From the NCBI GenBank assembly GCA_965242865.1, contig CBDETK010000013.1:5152001-5216000 (forward strand): 64,000 nt of DNA. The letters run 5' to 3'. This DNA is from Candidatus Latescibacterota bacterium (GTDB taxonomy: Bacteria; Latescibacterota; UBA2968; UBA8231). The position numbers and the translations under genes were made by a program. Of this stretch, positions 9,988 through 19,832 are shown in pieces (position 1 is the first letter of the stretch; every line of letters starts with the position of its first letter). The notes below the pieces were generated by a model. The model was not told where the DNA came from. It was given only the letters and a program-made list of their open reading frames with translations, and ran no database searches.

Positions 9988-11187
9988 ATGAAAACAATCG
10001 TCGTAGCGGTCTTTGTCCTGCTCTTGATTTACTACGGGCCGCTGCAAGATCGCGCCAGTCCCTTTGACCCGGCGTGGATGCTGGGTGCTCTGGCCCTGTT
10101 GGCCGTGGCGGGCGGCCAACTAGCACAGGCGATTCGCCTGCCGGCCTTGGTGGGGTGGGTCGGAGCGGGGATGCTGCTGGGCACTGGCGGCTTACAACTC
10201 GTCGATCTAGGCGCGTTCTCCCTACACCCAATGCTCTTTCTCACGGCGGGCCTCGGGGTCGGGTTCCAAGTGGGCCTACACGTGATATGGCCAACGCATG
10301 GTTGGCGCGTGCTCGGGCTGGCCGCGGCCGCGACCGCGCTGATCTTCGCGGCCGTAACAACGGCCACTGCCTTGCTCGGGCTGCCTTGGCAGCAAGCCGT
10401 ACTCCTCGGCGCACTAGCCAGCTTGTGGGGGGCCTTCACCGGCAAACCAGAAGTGGGCCGGCGCACCGCGCTGCTGCTGGCCGTGCTGGGGACGGGCTGC
10501 GCCCTCGGGGCGTTGGGCGGAGCAGCGATCGCGCTAAAGGCTGGGGCCGCCGGATGGGTCGGGCGCGTCGGCCTGTCGCTCGGGGCCGGCATCGGGCTGG
10601 GGTTGGGGTTGCGCTTCTTGGGGCGGTTCGCTGTCCCGAGCGCGCCCCTAGTCTCCGGCCTAGTGGGGGCTTTTTTCTTGGCGGCCCTCGCGCTCGATGT
10701 CCTCGGGCTGATGGCCCTGCCCTGCGGGCTGGTGGCGGGACTCGTGCAGGACAAACAGCAAAGCCGCCGCGTGCGGCTCCTGCTGCACCGGGGTGCGCCG
10801 GTAGCCTTCATGCTCTTTTTCGCGCTGGTGGGCACCTCGCTCGATCTCGGCGCCCTGTGGCCTCCCGTGCCCAAGCTGTACGAGGTGGCACTCGTGCTAG
10901 TGACCGTGCCCCTAATTTTGCGGGGGCTGGCCCCGATGGCGTACCAGCCATTGCCCGGCCCCCATCCGGGCTTTGGCTGGCGGCTCCTGCCGCGCGGCGC
11001 GTTGCTATTTGAATTGTTCTACGGCCCGCACGGACTGGCCCCCTACGTAGAGGCCGGAGGTCTGTTGGCGCAGGTCGTGCTCTTGGACATTCTCTTTTCG
11101 ACCCTGCTTTTCTCCTCCTTGGCATCGCTCGTAGATGCAAGCCTTTTGGCCGCGGCCCGGCCCTCAGAAAATGGGGCGGCGGCCTAA
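9988..11187 (+). CDS. Polytopic membrane protein, divergent cation:proton antiporter-like
   Basis: About 12 hydrophobic segments; RLPALVGWVGAGMLLG and FMLFFALVGTSLDL resemble CPA2-type segments. Confidence 0.55.
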   Translation: MKTIVVAVFVLLLIYYGPLQDRASPFDPAWMLGALALLAVAGGQLAQAIRLPALVGWVGAGMLLGTGGLQLVDLGAFSLHPMLFLTAGLGVGFQVGLHVIWPTHGWRVLGLAAAATALIFAAVTTATALLGLPWQQAVLLGALASLWGAFTGKPEVGRRTALLLAVLGTGCALGALGGAAIALKAGAAGWVGRVGLSLGAGIGLGLGLRFLGRFAVPSAPLVSGLVGAFFLAALALDVLGLMALPCGLVAGLVQDKQQSRRVRLLLHRGAPVAFMLFFALVGTSLDLGALWPPVPKLYEVALVLVTVPLILRGLAPMAYQPLPGPHPGFGWRLLPRGALLFELFYGPHGLAPYVEAGGLLAQVVLLDILFSTLLFSSLASLVDASLLAAARPSENGAAA

Positions 11188-11248
11188 GGGTGCTGCTCGT
11201 TTGTGTCCAACTAGGCCGAGTTGTATCTTTGATGGTTTGGCATTTTGC

Positions 11249-11941
11249 ATGGACCACATTCGCAAAAACTGGGAATTGCTGAGTGCCCGCATTGAGCGGG
11301 CGGCCGAGCGCAGCGGGCGCGCAGCGGGTGAGATTGAGGTCGTCGCCATCGGCAAAACGCGCAGCGTCCGCGAAATCGAGGCCGCTTACGCCTGCGGCTT
11401 GCGCCTCGTGGGCGAAAACCGCATCCAAGAAGCAGCGGCCAAGCACCCGCAGGTCGCCGCACCGCTTGCTTGGCACTTCGTCGGCCACTTGCAGACGAAC
11501 AAAGCCGGGCGAGCTGTCGAGCTTTTCGACCTCGTCCACTCGGTCGATTCCGCGCGGCTAGCGACGGCACTCAGCCGCCGGGCCGAGCAGGCCGGTCGCA
11601 CCATTGAGGTGCTCTTGCAGGTAAATACGGCCGGTAGCCCAAACCAAGCTGGAGTGGTGCCCGACCAACTCGTCGATCTAGTCGCAGCCCTCGCGCCGCT
11701 GCCGCACTTGCGGATTCGCGGCCTAATGACCATTGCCGCCCACAGCGACGACGAAGCCACCGTCCGGGGCTGCTTTCGGGCCTTGCGTACGCTCGGCGAA
11801 AAAGTCGCCGATGGCCAATTTGCGGGGGTGTCCATGGACTACCTGTCTATGGGCATGAGCGGCGACTTTGAACTCGCCATCGCCGAAGGAGCCAATCTGT
11901 TGCGCCTCGGCACGGCGATCTTCGGCCCGCGGCCGACCTGA
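11249..11941 (+). CDS. yggS: YggS family PLP homeostasis protein
   Basis: GENRIQE, WHFVGHLQTNK, GLMT, LSMGMSGDF, RLGTAIFG motifs. Confidence 0.95.
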   Translation: MDHIRKNWELLSARIERAAERSGRAAGEIEVVAIGKTRSVREIEAAYACGLRLVGENRIQEAAAKHPQVAAPLAWHFVGHLQTNKAGRAVELFDLVHSVDSARLATALSRRAEQAGRTIEVLLQVNTAGSPNQAGVVPDQLVDLVAALAPLPHLRIRGLMTIAAHSDDEATVRGCFRALRTLGEKVADGQFAGVSMDYLSMGMSGDFELAIAEGANLLRLGTAIFGPRPT

Positions 11942-11957
11942 TTCACAGGAGACAATC

Positions 11958-12251
11958 GTGTTCGATTACGGCGGTTTTTTTACAGACGTCAAGGGCCTCA
12001 TCATCAGTTTCATCCGGATCTACAGCTATGTGGTCATCATCCGGGTCGTACTCTCGTGGTTCAACCCCAACCCCCACAACCCACTCGTCCAATTCCTGCG
12101 CGGCGTCACCGATCCAGCCCTCGACACCGTGCGCTCCTTTTTGCCGCGGTTTTTTTGGTCAACCGGAATCGACTTTACGCCGATCGTCCTGTTTTTCCTC
12201 CTCGAGCTAGCCATCAGGTTTCTCCATCACATCTTTCCCGCAGCAGGCTGA
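11958..12251 (+). CDS. yggT: YggT family membrane protein
   Basis: RVVLSWFNPNPHNP...TDP...GIDFTPI; GTG start after AGGAG. Confidence 0.9.
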   Translation: MFDYGGFFTDVKGLIISFIRIYSYVVIIRVVLSWFNPNPHNPLVQFLRGVTDPALDTVRSFLPRFFWSTGIDFTPIVLFFLLELAIRFLHHIFPAAG

Positions 12252-12253
12252 GC

Positions 12254-15200
12254 ATGGCCCCCCCAACCCCTTTTGCCCCGGCCCCGGCCCGCGTCGATTT
12301 TCCCGCGCAGGAACGCCGCATCCTCCAGTTCTGGCGCGACGGCAACCTGTACCGCAAATCCGTCGATGCCCGGCCCGTTGAGCGGCCCTTTCGGTTCTAC
12401 GACGGGCCGCCCTTTGCCACGGGCCGGCCCCACTACGGCCATCTGCTGGCGTCCATCACCAAAGACGTGGTGCCCCGCTACTGGACGATGCGCGGCTACC
12501 GAGTGGAGCGCCGCTGGGGCTGGGACTGCCACGGCCTGCCCATTGAAAACGAAGCCGAGCAGCAGCTCGGGCTCCGGTCGCGGCGCGACATTCTCGAATA
12601 CGGCGTGTCCCAGTTCAACGAGTTCTGCCGAGGTTTGGTGCTCCACTACACGGCCGAGTGGCAGCAGCTCATCGAGCGGCTGGGGCGTTGGGTTGACTGG
12701 GACGACCAGTACCGGACCATGGACCCGGATTTCATGGAATCCGTGTGGTGGGTGTTTAAGTCGCTGTGGGATCAGGGGCTTATCTATGAGGGCTACAAGT
12801 CCCTCGCTTACTGTCCGCGCTGTGCGACCCCGCTGTCGAACTTCGAGGTCAATCAAGGCTACCAAGACACTCAGGACCCCTCGATCACGGTGCGATTTCG
12901 CGTCGCCGGCGAGCCGCGCCTGTCCCTGCTCGCTTGGACGACGACCCCGTGGACCTTGCCCGCCAACATGGGCTTGGCCATTGGCCGCGACATCGATTAC
13001 GTGCGCGTCACCACCGGCGACGGGGAGCAGTTGATCCTCGCCGCGTCCCTCGTCGAAAGCCACTTCCGCCAGCCCGCCAGCGACATCGCCGACGCAACGC
13101 CCGTTGCGGTCGAAGACCTCGTCGGGCTGCGCTACGAGCCCTTGTTCGACTACTTCGCCGATCGCGCCGAGGAGGGCGCGTTCCGCGTCGTGCCGGCCGA
13201 CTTTGTGTCCACCGACGACGGCACCGGCATCGTCCACATTGCCCCGGGGTTTGGCGAGGACGATTACCAACTCGGGCTGGCCCAAGGCTTGCCCGTAGTA
13301 TGCCCCATTGACGCGGACTGCTGCTTCACCGCCGAGCTTCCGGACTGGGCCGGCACCTTCGTCAAGGACACCGATGCGCCCATCATCCGCCGCTTGCGCG
13401 CCTCGGGCCAGTTATTTTCCGCCAGCACCATTGAGCACTCGTACCCGTTCTGCTGGCGCTGCGACTCGCCCCTCATCTACCGCACGATCTCCACGTGGTT
13501 CGTAAAAATCGAAGGGGCGGTCAAGGAGAAGATGCGCGCTGCCAATCAGCAGATTTGGTGGATTCCCGAGCACATCCGCGATGGGCGCTTTGGCAAGGGC
13601 ATTGAGTCCGCCCCGGACTGGGCCGTCAGCCGCAACCGCTACTGGGGAACGCCGCTGCCGATCTGGCGCAACCAAGAAACGGGCGAAGCCGTGTGCGTCG
13701 GCAGCCGCCGAGAATTGTGCGAACTCACCGGCCGCGACATCGAGGACCTGCACAAGCACTTCATCGACGACCTCGAGATTCCGGCGCCATCGGGCAACGG
13801 CTCGCTGCGCCGCGTACCCGAAGTCCTCGACTGCTGGTTCGAGTCTGGGTCCATGCCGTACGCGCAGACCCACTACCCCTTTGGCCGGCCCGAGGATTTT
13901 AAGAGGTCTTTCCCGGCCGACTTCATTTCTGAAAACCTCGATATGACCCGAGGGTGGTTCTACACCCTGACGGTCCTCGCCGCGGCCCTGTTTGACGAGC
14001 CGGCGTTCCACAACTGCATCGTCGGTGGCATGTTGCTGGCCGCCGACGGCCGCAAGCTGAGCAAGCGCTTGAAGAACTATCCCGACCCGGCTGACATGCT
14101 CGACACCTACGGCGCCGATGCCGTGCGTCTCTACCTGCTCAACTCGCCGGCCATGAAGGCCGAGGAGCTGCGCTTCACCGAAGAGGGCCTCAAGCAGAGC
14201 CTGCGCGATGTCATCATCCCCTTGTGGAATGCCTATAGCTTTTTTGTCACCTACGCGGCCATTGACGGTTGGACGCCGGCCAAAGACCGCGCCCGGACGC
14301 TCGACCACCACCTCGACCGCTGGATTCTCTCGGAGTTGCAGACCTTGCTCCGCGACCTCAACGCCGAGATGGAAGCCTATCGGCTCTATCGCACGGTCCC
14401 GGCCATGGTGGCCTTTATCGAGAAGCTGACCAACTGGTACATCCGCCGCAGCCGCCGGCGCTTCTGGAAGTCCGAGGACGACCAAGACAAGGACGCCGCG
14501 TACTACACCCTCTATCGAGTGCTAACCACCTTCATCAAGGCCCTCGCGCCGGTCTTGCCCTTTATCACCGAGGCGATCTACCAAAACTTGGTGCGCCGCG
14601 TGGATGCCAAAGCACCCGAAAGCGTCCATCTGTGCGACATGCCGCAGGCCGACGAGGGCTTGCGCGACGCGGCCTTAGAGCAGCAAATGGGGCTGGCGAC
14701 CAAAGCCGTGGTCTTGGGCCGCTCGCTGCGCAGCAAGCACGCGCTCAAGGTGCGCCAGCCGCTGCGGCGTCTCTGGCTCCTGCCCCCCAATGGGCACTCC
14801 CACCACGGGCTGGAGCAGATGACCGATTTGCTGGCCGACGAGCTCAACGTCAAAAAAGTGGTGTTGGTGGAGGACGCGACCGAGTTCAGCGAGGTCTCCT
14901 ACCGGCCCGACTTCCGCGCCTTGGGACCGCGCTTCGGCAAGCAGATGCCAGCGGTCGTCGCCCGCATCCAAGCCCTGACGGCCGAGGAGGTCCACCTCCT
15001 CGAGCGCGGGGGCCAGCTCGCGGTGGCCGGCGGCCAGCTCGGGCTAGCCGACATCGTCGTGCAGCGCCGGGAGAAAGAGGGGGTGGTGGTAGCTCTCGAC
15101 AACAACCTCGGGGTGGGGCTAGACATCCAGCTCGACGACGAGCTGATCGCCGAGTGTACGGCGCGCGAATTTGTCAACCGCGTCCAGTACATGCGCAAAG

Positions 15201-15418
15201 ACGCCGGCCTAGCCGTGGCCGACCGCATCCACGTCTGGGTGCGCGGCGCGGCCGCTTTAGAGGAGGCGGTTCAGCAGCACCGTCCGTACATCGCCGCCGA
15301 GACCCTAGCGCGGGCTCTCTACCTTGGGGAATTGCCCCAAGCGGCACTCGTACAACAGGAGTGGCAGGTCAACGGCCACGACGGCACGATTGCCATTGCT
15401 AGAGTAGAGCCTGCGTGA
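12254..15418 (+). CDS. ileS: Isoleucine--tRNA ligase, type 2
   Basis: DGPPFATGRPHYGH, GWDCHGLP, WTTTPWTLP, KLSKR, WYIRRSRRRFW motifs. Confidence 0.97.
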   Translation: MAPPTPFAPAPARVDFPAQERRILQFWRDGNLYRKSVDARPVERPFRFYDGPPFATGRPHYGHLLASITKDVVPRYWTMRGYRVERRWGWDCHGLPIENEAEQQLGLRSRRDILEYGVSQFNEFCRGLVLHYTAEWQQLIERLGRWVDWDDQYRTMDPDFMESVWWVFKSLWDQGLIYEGYKSLAYCPRCATPLSNFEVNQGYQDTQDPSITVRFRVAGEPRLSLLAWTTTPWTLPANMGLAIGRDIDYVRVTTGDGEQLILAASLVESHFRQPASDIADATPVAVEDLVGLRYEPLFDYFADRAEEGAFRVVPADFVSTDDGTGIVHIAPGFGEDDYQLGLAQGLPVVCPIDADCCFTAELPDWAGTFVKDTDAPIIRRLRASGQLFSASTIEHSYPFCWRCDSPLIYRTISTWFVKIEGAVKEKMRAANQQIWWIPEHIRDGRFGKGIESAPDWAVSRNRYWGTPLPIWRNQETGEAVCVGSRRELCELTGRDIEDLHKHFIDDLEIPAPSGNGSLRRVPEVLDCWFESGSMPYAQTHYPFGRPEDFKRSFPADFISENLDMTRGWFYTLTVLAAALFDEPAFHNCIVGGMLLAADGRKLSKRLKNYPDPADMLDTYGADAVRLYLLNSPAMKAEELRFTEEGLKQSLRDVIIPLWNAYSFFVTYAAIDGWTPAKDRARTLDHHLDRWILSELQTLLRDLNAEMEAYRLYRTVPAMVAFIEKLTNWYIRRSRRRFWKSEDDQDKDAAYYTLYRVLTTFIKALAPVLPFITEAIYQNLVRRVDAKAPESVHLCDMPQADEGLRDAALEQQMGLATKAVVLGRSLRSKHALKVRQPLRRLWLLPPNGHSHHGLEQMTDLLADELNVKKVVLVEDATEFSEVSYRPDFRALGPRFGKQMPAVVARIQALTAEEVHLLERGGQLAVAGGQLGLADIVVQRREKEGVVVALDNNLGVGLDIQLDDELIAECTAREFVNRVQYMRKDAGLAVADRIHVWVRGAAALEEAVQQHRPYIAAETLARALYLGELPQAALVQQEWQVNGHDGTIAIARVEPA

Positions 15419-15447
15419 CAATCAGACGACGCGAAGAGAGGAAAAAA

Positions 15448-15852
15448 ATGGACGACCAACCTAAACGGATGGACAAAGAACAGCTCGATTTTTTTAAGCA
15501 GTTATTACTGAAAAAAATAGCCCAGACCGCAGACGACGTCGAAGCCATTGAAAACACGGCACGCAACGAAGCCCGGGAAATGGCCTCTGAAGACCGCTCC
15601 ACGTACTCCCTACACATGGCCGACCACGGGACCGACGCCATGGAGCGCGAAAAATCCCTGCTCCTCGCCCAGCGCGGTGGCGATTACATCGACTACTTAA
15701 ACGAGGCCCTGCAACGCATTGACGACGGCACCTTTGGCATCTGCCGCACCTGCAAGCGGCCCATCGGCCGCGGCCGCCTAGAGGCCGTGCCCACCGCCAC
15801 CCAGTGCATTAGCTGCAAGTCCAAGCGCGAGGAGGCGTCGGACTTAGAGTGA
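15448..15852 (+). CDS. TraR/DksA C4-type zinc finger protein
   Basis: HMADHGTD plus CRTC...RLEAVP...CISC. Confidence 0.9.
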   Translation: MDDQPKRMDKEQLDFFKQLLLKKIAQTADDVEAIENTARNEAREMASEDRSTYSLHMADHGTDAMEREKSLLLAQRGGDYIDYLNEALQRIDDGTFGICRTCKRPIGRGRLEAVPTATQCISCKSKREEASDLE

Positions 15853-16313
15853 CATTTCTGTGGATCATACCGCTGGCCGTGGCCCTCGATCAAGCCAGCA
15901 AACTCATCGTCCGCGGCTCCATGACCCTGTACCAGTCCGAGCCGGTGCTGGGCGACTTTTTCCGCCTGACGTACATCCACAACCCAGGCGCGGCCTTCGG
16001 GCTGAACCTGGGCAGCCCGCTTTTGCACACCGCCTTCTCGGTCCTCGCCCTCGGCGTCCTCATTTATCTCTATCGCTCGCTCGCCGCCGACGAGCGGCTC
16101 TCGCGCCTAGCCCTCTGCCTAGTCCTAGGCGGCGCCGTGGGCAACATCATCGACCGCCTGTACTTGGGGGAAGTGGTGGATTTTTTCGACTTCGGCCTCG
16201 GGGATTTGCGCTGGCCGATTTTCAACGTGGCTGATTCCTGCGTCACCGTCGGCGTCTTGCTCTTGGCCTTGGGGTACTCGCGCCGCGACAAGACCCCGGC
16301 CGCCCCCGGCTAA
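15849..16313 (+). CDS. lspA: Lipoprotein signal peptidase II
   Basis: NPGAAFG, GAVGNIIDR, VVDF, FNVAD motifs. Confidence 0.95.
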   Translation: MTFLWIIPLAVALDQASKLIVRGSMTLYQSEPVLGDFFRLTYIHNPGAAFGLNLGSPLLHTAFSVLALGVLIYLYRSLAADERLSRLALCLVLGGAVGNIIDRLYLGEVVDFFDFGLGDLRWPIFNVADSCVTVGVLLLALGYSRRDKTPAAPG

Positions 16314-17266
16314 TGCACCTCGCCGTGGCCGCGGGGACGCCCGAGCGGCTCGACCTGTTTCTGCGCCGCCGCTATCTCCAGCTTTCTCGCAACCGCATCC
16401 AAACGCTGATCAAATCTGGGGCGATTCGCGTCAATGGCGCGCCGACGCGCCCGGCGTATTTGGTCCAGCCCGGGGACGAAATCGCCGTCGAGCTGCCCGC
16501 GCCCGCGCCGCTCGCCGCGCAGCCCGAGCCCCTGCCCCTGTCCATCGCGTACGAAGACGACGACCTGCTGGTCGTGAACAAGGCGGCCGGGATGACCGTG
16601 CATCCGGCCCCGGGCGCGGCCGAGGGGACGCTCGTCAACGCGCTGTTGCATCACTGCCGCAACCTGTCGGGCATCAACGGCGTGTGCCGGCCGGGGATCG
16701 TCCACCGGCTCGACAAGGACACCAGCGGCTTGCTGCTAGTGGCCAAGCGCGACGCTGCCCATCGGCAGCTCGCCCACAGCCTGCAAGCGCGGCAGATTGA
16801 GCGCTGTTATCTCGCTCTCGTGTGGGGGGCGATGCGGGAGGCCGAGGGCCGGGTCGAGGCCCCGATTGGCCGCCATCCCAAGAATCGCAAAAAAATGGCG
16901 GTGGTCGCTGGCGGGCGAGCCGCGGCCACGCGCTTCAAGGTGGCCGAGCGTTTCCCCTTTACCAACCTAGTCGAATGCCGCCTAGAGACCGGACGGACGC
17001 ACCAAATCCGCGTGCATCTGGCCCATATCGGCCACCCGGTGTTCGGCGACCCGGTGTATGGAGGCCGCGATCAAGCGCGGGGCATTCGCCCGGAATACCA
17101 GCGTCAAGCCAAGTGGATGCTGACCCTGATCAAACGCCAAGCCCTGCACGCGTACGCGCTGCGCTTCACCCATCCGACGACCGGGGAAGCCCTGGCGTTT
17201 AGGGCCGAGCCGCCGGAGGACATGCGGGCGGTGGTGGCCGCGGCGCGGGTGCGCTCGCTACCCTAG
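16313..17266 (+). CDS. rluD: RluA/RluD family pseudouridine synthase
   Basis: N-terminal S4 domain, HRLDKDTSG, LETGRTHQIRVH. Confidence 0.92.
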   Translation: MHLAVAAGTPERLDLFLRRRYLQLSRNRIQTLIKSGAIRVNGAPTRPAYLVQPGDEIAVELPAPAPLAAQPEPLPLSIAYEDDDLLVVNKAAGMTVHPAPGAAEGTLVNALLHHCRNLSGINGVCRPGIVHRLDKDTSGLLLVAKRDAAHRQLAHSLQARQIERCYLALVWGAMREAEGRVEAPIGRHPKNRKKMAVVAGGRAAATRFKVAERFPFTNLVECRLETGRTHQIRVHLAHIGHPVFGDPVYGGRDQARGIRPEYQRQAKWMLTLIKRQALHAYALRFTHPTTGEALAFRAEPPEDMRAVVAAARVRSLP

Positions 17267-17310
17267 CCCTCGTCACCGTTGAGGCTGTATCGCTACATTG
17301 CGTTGGGGAA

Positions 17311-19704
17311 TTATTCGTTCCGGATCGTCTGCACTGGATTTGTCTGCACTGCTTTGCCGGTTTGCAAAACGACGGTGCCGATAACGGTCAGGCCCTGAAT
17401 CAGACTACCCAACAAAAACTCCCACCCAACGGTATCAATCCGATACGCAAAATGCGGTAGCCAAGCCTGATTGGTCATATAGGCGACCGGCCAAGCAATC
17501 AAATTGGCGACGACCAGCCAGACCAGAACGGGTTTCATCAGCAAATACACCAAACCGGAGGAAGAAGCCCCCAGCACTTTGCGAATGCCGATCTCCTTCG
17601 TGCGCTGTTCAACCGAAAAAGAGGCGAGCCCCAACACACCCAAGCAAATGATTGCAATCGACAAGGTGCTGAAAAAGCCGATCAGCCGAAAAATTTGCTC
17701 TTCTTCGCGGTAGAATTGGTCGAACACTTCGTCGAGAAAGTAGTATTGAAAGGGCTCGTTGGGCACGAACTCGTGCGTCTTGGCTTCGAGGAACGCCAAG
17801 GCACCGGACAAGTCTCTTGGGTCGATTCGGACCGTAAGATATTTAATAATAAGTTGGTTCCGCTCCCACCGTAGACCAATTACCAGCGGTTCGATAGGAT
17901 GGTGCAAGGACTGGTAGTGAAAATCCTTGACTACGCCGATCACCTTGCTCGAAGCGGACCGACGCTGTGGCATAGAGATGTATTCCAAGCGTTTGCCGAC
18001 CGGGTTTTTCCACCCCAAGAACTGGGCGGCCGATTCGTTGATGATGAAGGCCTCATGCTCATCTGAGGGAAAGTCGGCTGAAAAATCGCGCCCGGCGATG
18101 AGCTTCAAACCCATGGTTTCCAGATAGGTATAACCGCCCTGAATATTATTCATAGTTACAGCATCCTGTCCCTCCGGAATAAATCTGCCCGAACCATCCG
18201 CGACACCGGGAGGTCCGTAAGTACCGGATATGTTCAAAATCCTCGGATCCTGCAAATACTCTGCAATGGGCACTGGATGGAAGACCTTCGCGGGAATTAC
18301 GACTACCTGTTCCCGATCAAACCCCAAGTCTTGGCTTCGCACGAATTCCAATTGGTGGCGCAAGGCGAGCGTGGTGATAATGAGGACGATGGAGAGCACG
18401 AACTGGAAAATGATCAGCGTTCTTCTTAGGAGACTGACCGAGGCTCCACTTTGGTTGTGTCCTCCCAAAGTGGCCGAGGGGTTGAACTTGGCCAAGAAAA
18501 AGGCGGGATACAAACCAGCAATCAGACCGATGCACGCGATAGCAGCGAATAGCCAGAGACCATATTCTATCGCAAGGCGGAAAGCATCTATCTCTACATC
18601 CGGCCCAATAAACCTACTTACATAAGGCCACGAACACAGCACCAACACCAGACTGACCAAGAAAGCAAAGAACGTCAAAAAAAGTGTTTCACCCAAAAAC
18701 TGCTGAACCAACTGCGACTGCACACTGCCCAGTGCCTTCCGCAGCCCCACTTCTTTCGCCCGTGTGGTAAACCGAAAGGTTGAAAAATTGACATAATTGA
18801 TACACACAATAAGCAAAATGACCAGCGCAATGCCTATCAAAAGGTACAGGTATCGGACATCTCGGTTGGGGCTCAATTCCTTCTCAAAAGGGGGCTGGAG
18901 GTGGATGTCTTGTAAAGATTGAAGAAAAAGTTGCTTCTCCCAGCCCCATTCTTCCACGTTGTATTTGTGTCGTTCCAAAAAATCGGGAAATTTGTTCTCT
19001 AAAACCTCTGGCGAGGCGTTTTCGGCCAGCCGAATGTAAGTGTGGTACCAAGATTCACTCATGCCCCTGCGGAGCCTAAGGCTGTTTATCGACGCGACAA
19101 AATCAAAATTGAAGTGGGTGTTAGACGGAAGGTCTTGGACCACGCCCGTAACAAGGAACTCTTGTGTACTAATTCCACCTACTCCCATGTGCAGGGTTTT
19201 ACCCACAGGGCTGTCGTTCCCGAAGTACTTCGCGGCAGTCTGTTCCGTCAATACAACGGAATAGGGGGCCTCCAGCACCGTCTGTGCATCGCCTTCTTTC
19301 AGAGGAAAGGAGAAAAACTCAAAAAACGTCGGGTCTGTGAAATAAACCTGATCCTCCAAGAAGTATTTGTCTTGATAATGGACGGATACGACCGCTAGGT
19401 AGCGATGGACGCGTACAATGTCTTCGATTTCTGGAAAATCGCTTTTCAATAAAGAGGCCATGGAGTGCTCGGCTGAAGCATAACTAGACCGCGTACCTGT
19501 CCGTTTTTCGACCATGTCACTTCTAACTCGATACAGCCGCTCTGCGTCTTTGTGGAAGGCGTCGTAGCTCATCTCATGCGCGATAAAGACAAATACTATA
19601 ATGAAGCAGGCAAAACCGATCGCGAGGCCCAACACACTGATCGACGAGTGCATTTTGTAGCGAAAGAGGCTCCGCAGTGCCAACGTCAAGTAACTTCGCA
19701 GCAT
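17311..19704 (-). CDS. MacB/FtsX-type ABC transporter permease (duplicated MacB_PCD+FtsX)
   Basis: MLRSYLTLALRSL, RAKEVGLRKALG, VIGVVKDFHYQSLH, RTKEIGIRKVLGAS; visibly lower GC than neighbours. Confidence 0.92.
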   Translation of the reverse strand: MLRSYLTLALRSLFRYKMHSSISVLGLAIGFACFIIVFVFIAHEMSYDAFHKDAERLYRVRSDMVEKRTGTRSSYASAEHSMASLLKSDFPEIEDIVRVHRYLAVVSVHYQDKYFLEDQVYFTDPTFFEFFSFPLKEGDAQTVLEAPYSVVLTEQTAAKYFGNDSPVGKTLHMGVGGISTQEFLVTGVVQDLPSNTHFNFDFVASINSLRLRRGMSESWYHTYIRLAENASPEVLENKFPDFLERHKYNVEEWGWEKQLFLQSLQDIHLQPPFEKELSPNRDVRYLYLLIGIALVILLIVCINYVNFSTFRFTTRAKEVGLRKALGSVQSQLVQQFLGETLFLTFFAFLVSLVLVLCSWPYVSRFIGPDVEIDAFRLAIEYGLWLFAAIACIGLIAGLYPAFFLAKFNPSATLGGHNQSGASVSLLRRTLIIFQFVLSIVLIITTLALRHQLEFVRSQDLGFDREQVVVIPAKVFHPVPIAEYLQDPRILNISGTYGPPGVADGSGRFIPEGQDAVTMNNIQGGYTYLETMGLKLIAGRDFSADFPSDEHEAFIINESAAQFLGWKNPVGKRLEYISMPQRRSASSKVIGVVKDFHYQSLHHPIEPLVIGLRWERNQLIIKYLTVRIDPRDLSGALAFLEAKTHEFVPNEPFQYYFLDEVFDQFYREEEQIFRLIGFFSTLSIAIICLGVLGLASFSVEQRTKEIGIRKVLGASSSGLVYLLMKPVLVWLVVANLIAWPVAYMTNQAWLPHFAYRIDTVGWEFLLGSLIQGLTVIGTVVLQTGKAVQTNPVQTIRNE

Positions 19705-19832
19705 AATAATTTAGCTCCTTAGAGGCTATATGAAGTGGCCAGCCGTCATTGACGCGGTGTATGAAAAGCGTCTAGCGCTATCAACACCCCGTAGAGGCTG
19801 TTGCGGAAGCCATGCTACCAGCCACAGACCGG

